Positions 63,972 through 64,000 of a stretch of 64,000 nucleotides of DNA are shown here, piece after piece. How positions within the stretch are numbered: the stretch's first letter is position 1; each line of letters starts with the position of its first letter. Origin of the DNA: Obrimoposthia wandeli (Eukaryota); the NCBI GenBank assembly GCA_977020255.1, contig CDROCS010002866.1, positions 434,001 to 498,000 on the forward strand. Reading direction: 5' to 3'. The notes under the pieces were generated by a model. That model was not told the DNA's origin. It did not search any database and worked only from the letters and a program-made list of their open reading frames with translations. A program made the translations under genes and the position numbers.

Positions 63972-64000
63972 TGGGGTGAACGACGGGGTTTGAACCCGCG
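63972..64000 (-). tRNA. 3' end of a second tRNA-His, cut by the window edge
   Basis: Identical to 63447-63475. Confidence 0.85.

Overview
AT-rich gammaproteobacterial chromosome segment. The core gene orders (prmA-DUF3426-dusB-fis-purH-purD; mreBCD divergent from gatCAB; tig-clpP-clpX) are Pseudomonadales/Oceanospirillales-like; a marine host is inferred, not proven. The left ~20 kb is accessory. It holds a tryptophan/anthranilate catabolic set: AbmA-like anthraniloyl-CoA monooxygenase/reductase (truncated by the window edge), glutaryl-CoA dehydrogenase, an HGGxW alpha/beta-hydrolase, an acyl-CoA thioesterase, a Liv-type ABC transporter and tryptophan 2,3-dioxygenase. A shared 14-bp-unit candidate operator links these genes. 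About 9 kb of unrelated genes interrupts the set (stand-alone Lrp ligand domain, dGTPase, lipase-like + lipoprotein pair, FMN-split/FNR fusion, GNAT, LysR-MFS). From ~21 kb on the window is mostly housekeeping, with a 4x tRNA-fMet array and a His/Leu tRNA array. The most striking signal is an orphan motA-motB-pilZ operon (54.6-56.7 kb). Its MotA keeps the PomA-type ion-channel residues but has lost the charged residues that normally push on FliG, and a ~105-nt multi-hairpin element follows it. No integrase, transposase, CRISPR array or rRNA was found. All assignments come from reading motifs by eye; no database searches were run.
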